From: Psammoneis japonica
Lineage: Eukaryota
Direction: 5' to 3'
Length of the DNA: 64,000 nucleotides
NCBI GenBank assembly: GCA_008632985.1
Contig: QPGO01000033.1
Coordinates: forward strand, 434,001-498,000
In this document: piece by piece, positions 61,024 to 64,000 of the stretch
Layout: each line of letters starts with the position of its first letter
How positions within the stretch are numbered: position 1 is the first letter of the stretch
The notes under the pieces: generated by a model
What the model was told of the DNA's origin: nothing
The model's database searches: none
Seen by the model: the letters and a program-made list of their open reading frames with translations, nothing else
Made by a program: the position numbers and the translations under genes

Positions 61024-62919
61024 TCAGCGACCATGGCCTTGATTTTGGAAGACTCTTTCGCGTCGAAGTTTGAAAAGCAAAAGGGCAGGAATGCACACAC
61101 GAAGGCAACCAAAGTGCCCTTTGTAAAGAGAGTTTGCATGACGGGCGACAGAGAGTTCGTCTGAGTGGTGATCAAGGTCAGGAGGACACTCGGCTCTCAC
61201 ACGAGATGCGGCAGTTGGGTCGCTGATGGGGGCTTTGTTTGAGAAGATGTGCCAGTTTTCCCCAAGGTTGTCAGCAAGGTAAAAGTCGGCAGCGGAATGG
61301 TGAAGCACATGCTCCGTGTCAGTTGCCTTGTCAATGATGTGAGGGCATGACACATGAGCAGCAACTTTGTCTGAGGTGACAGATTGACACTTGGACGGGT
61401 CAAAGCGCTGTCGGAGTGTGGACTTGTCCAACCACGACATGTCGTTGGGGTCCAGTGGGGGAGACGACGCAACCGGGCCTTTCGTGGTGCCAACGTGTGG
61501 AGAGGCTGGCAGCTGGGTGGGAGGACCTTCCAGTGAAGAGGAAGGTTTGTGGGAATCCATGGTTTCCAACAGAGTGGGAAGGTTGGCGGTGAGAGTGCGG
61601 TTTGCCTCCCGTGATGACGGCAGGTCGGCAGACGCAGGAGGACGTGCCTTGGCAGAGCGTGATGCAGTCTTTGGCTTCTTGTTGGGGACGGTCAAGGAAG
61701 GCTCTCATGCGGCGAACATGAACAATGGGACAAAACATGGATGTGTGAGAAGACGGATGCACAAGAAACATGCGGCAACAAGGAGGGGGGGGGGGCACGT
61801 GCCATCGTACAAACAGGTGCCGTCTTTGCGGGTCCTCCCAATTTTGCGTTTGGTTTTGGATTGACACTCTCATTTGTTGTCATCATCCATGCAGTGGGCC
61901 CTCTGATCACGCATTCTGCATCGAAGGATTGTGAGCAACTTGCTGTGCTTGGGTCGCATGCCGGGTTGTTCCTCAGGACACCGCTTCCCAAATTTGTGGT
62001 TCAATGTGGAATTCATTTTTTCTTCACACGCCTCCCGACGGGCAAGGGAATCACCAGCCATTGTCACTTTGTTCTTTGTGTTGCCGATTTGGTCCGGAGT
62101 GAGGCATTCCTTGACATTGTCTGCCTGAGAGCCCGGGTCGTTAGAATCGCACGGCACAAGAAAGCTGTTGACGAACAGGCACCACTCCTTTTGCGATTGG
62201 ACATGGCAAAAAATCTGCATGAACCAGCAGTCGAAGTCATTTTGTTTGCACTGAACGTGACGCGTCACGATTTCGGTGACAAAAAATGCACCATGAAGGT
62301 CTTGTGCACGGTCGTCGATCAGTTTTTTGAGATTGTCTTCCTTTAGAAACTGGAAACAAGGCTTGCCGGAAACGGGATCATTTGGGTCATCACCGGCGAC
62401 AATCGTGTGGACAAATTCTGCCATGGCTTTGATGTTGCGGTGAAGATTCATGCGGTGCTCTTCTTGTTGAACTGTCTCTCCGGGTGTTTTGGAGAAACAG
62501 AGAGCTTCATCCAAATTTTGATGACGAAGGCAGTGTTGACCTTTCAGCGAGTGGGATTTCTTCAGGGACCAACCACGAGTCTTGATGCAAGACCAAACAT
62601 CAGGGCATCCAAGAGTTTTCCTGACAATGTTGTTGGCGCGGATGACTTCCGCGACATGTGGAATTCGACGTAACTTTGGCTTGTGGCAAAGGAAGGGAAG
62701 AGCAAGAAATTGCAGAGAGGGAGTCCATTTCGTCGACTCCAAAAACTGCTTTTTGGATGCACGTGTTGAAGTCATGCTTTTGAGCTTGGGACCAAACAAT
62801 TCCATTCCAAAACCATTGGCAAAATGTTCCATGTCATCAAAATCACATTCATCAGGAAATTGGAAGGAAGGATCAGGGTCGACCTCGTCGTGAGACGGGG
62901 TGAAGTCGTTGACCGCCAT
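61024..62919 (-). pseudogene. Decayed ORF remnants, probably transposon-associated
   Basis: 349-aa and 223-aa minus-strand ORFs, nearly Tyr-free, in TpA-depleted DNA; no motif recognised. Confidence 0.35.
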
Positions 62920-64000
62920 GGCAAGAGGTCAGTTGTGATTCGCGTAGAAAGCACGTGCATGACAACAGCACATGCTCAGGTGGAAAGCAGTTTGGGGAGA
63001 GGATGCACTGTTGTAAATTGCGCAGATGATTGCGCATGTAGAATGAGCACCCGATGCAGGGCAGAGACCCATGCACAGAAATTCCGGGAGGCACTGGAAA
63101 AATGACACTGGAAATGTGCATGGGGGAGACTGGAGCATGCCGAACAGCAGAGGACATGCCAGTCAACACGGTGGGGTGTGTGTGATGTGGAGATGTTAAA
63201 AACCAAAATCAAAGATGTCGGTTCAATGCAAATGCAATGTTGAGATCAAATGGAAATTTACAAAATCCAACAAAAGTGAAAATCGAATTAAATTGTTGAG
63301 AATGATCAAACACAAACAGATGACAAATGTTGGCATAAAACGGACTTAATGAGTTGAGTGTGTTGTTTCAATTTAAACGCGAAAACAACAATCAAAGGTG
63401 CAATGAAGTTGACTGCAATTGGCAACATTCGCACATGGAAAATTGAAAACCACTGCATTGCCGCCTCTGATGTGGATGACTTCTTAGATTTTACAACAGA
63501 AGCCAAGGGAACAAATGTGTCCTCTGACCCAAGCTGTCAAAGGCAATGACAAAAATGGAAGTGACCCTTCAGTTGCGCGCACGACCACAATGAAGAAGCT
63601 CAGCAAAACGACTTTTGATGATGACGATGACGACAACACCCACCATGAAAATGCAACACTTGGTTGCTCTTCCATGTGCAGCACAACAAACAAATGATGC
63701 CAGCAATGAAATTCAATGGACAAAGCCAAATCAACGAAGCACAAACGATGCAGCAAATGGCGCACGATCAAAAACCACAACACTGCACAAAACGACTTCA
63801 CACAACAATGACAAAACCTGCCACAACAACATCAGAGGCAAATTTTCATGAATTGTCTTGAGGTCTGATTGTCACCCAAGTCATGAAGACCTCCCCCGCT
63901 TGCTTTCTGTGGCTGCCCGAAATCATTCTACACAAATCTTCCCATCAACCAAGTTGCTCACTCGCGATGTTGCGTTTGATCTCCATGACCGGCTCCTTGA

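Noticed and set aside
29060..64000. Classical RIP or CpG deamination as the sole explanation
   Set aside because: RIP would raise TpA and add stops; CpG decay cannot convert Tyr codons to Cys/His, and CG remains abundant in Copia 1.

Overview
Eukaryotic sequence, most likely a pennate diatom (inferred from short GT-AG introns, bipartite plastid-targeting peptides and CoDi-type Copia elements). A gene-dense core (~3.95-28.7 kb) holds a ~1840-aa secreted adhesin-like mosaic protein, a DGAT2-family acyltransferase, a pentapeptide-repeat lumen protein, ER Hsp70 HYOU1, a carotenoid cleavage oxygenase, three paralogous Cys4 zinc-finger microproteins, a 2OG-Fe(II) dioxygenase, an LRR protein, proteasome alpha-2, a thioredoxin-like protein and a Pro/Ser/Thr-stalk membrane protein. 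Transposon blocks flank it (1-3.9 kb, 29-64 kb): two full-length Copia elements, two Gypsy elements, a ~390-bp MITE family with 4-bp TSDs and decayed Plavaka-like sequence, including a four-level nest (MITE < Copia < Gypsy < Gypsy) with all TSDs readable. The main signal is that TpA is almost erased in the repeats and replaced by TpG or CpA (A:T to G:C on either strand), while the genes are untouched. Conserved Tyr becomes Cys in one copy and His in another, LTR pairs differ at these sites, and the changes look patchy, strand-clustered and context-dependent. This resembles a repeat-targeted hypermutation process running opposite to fungal RIP; I cannot confirm its novelty without a literature search.
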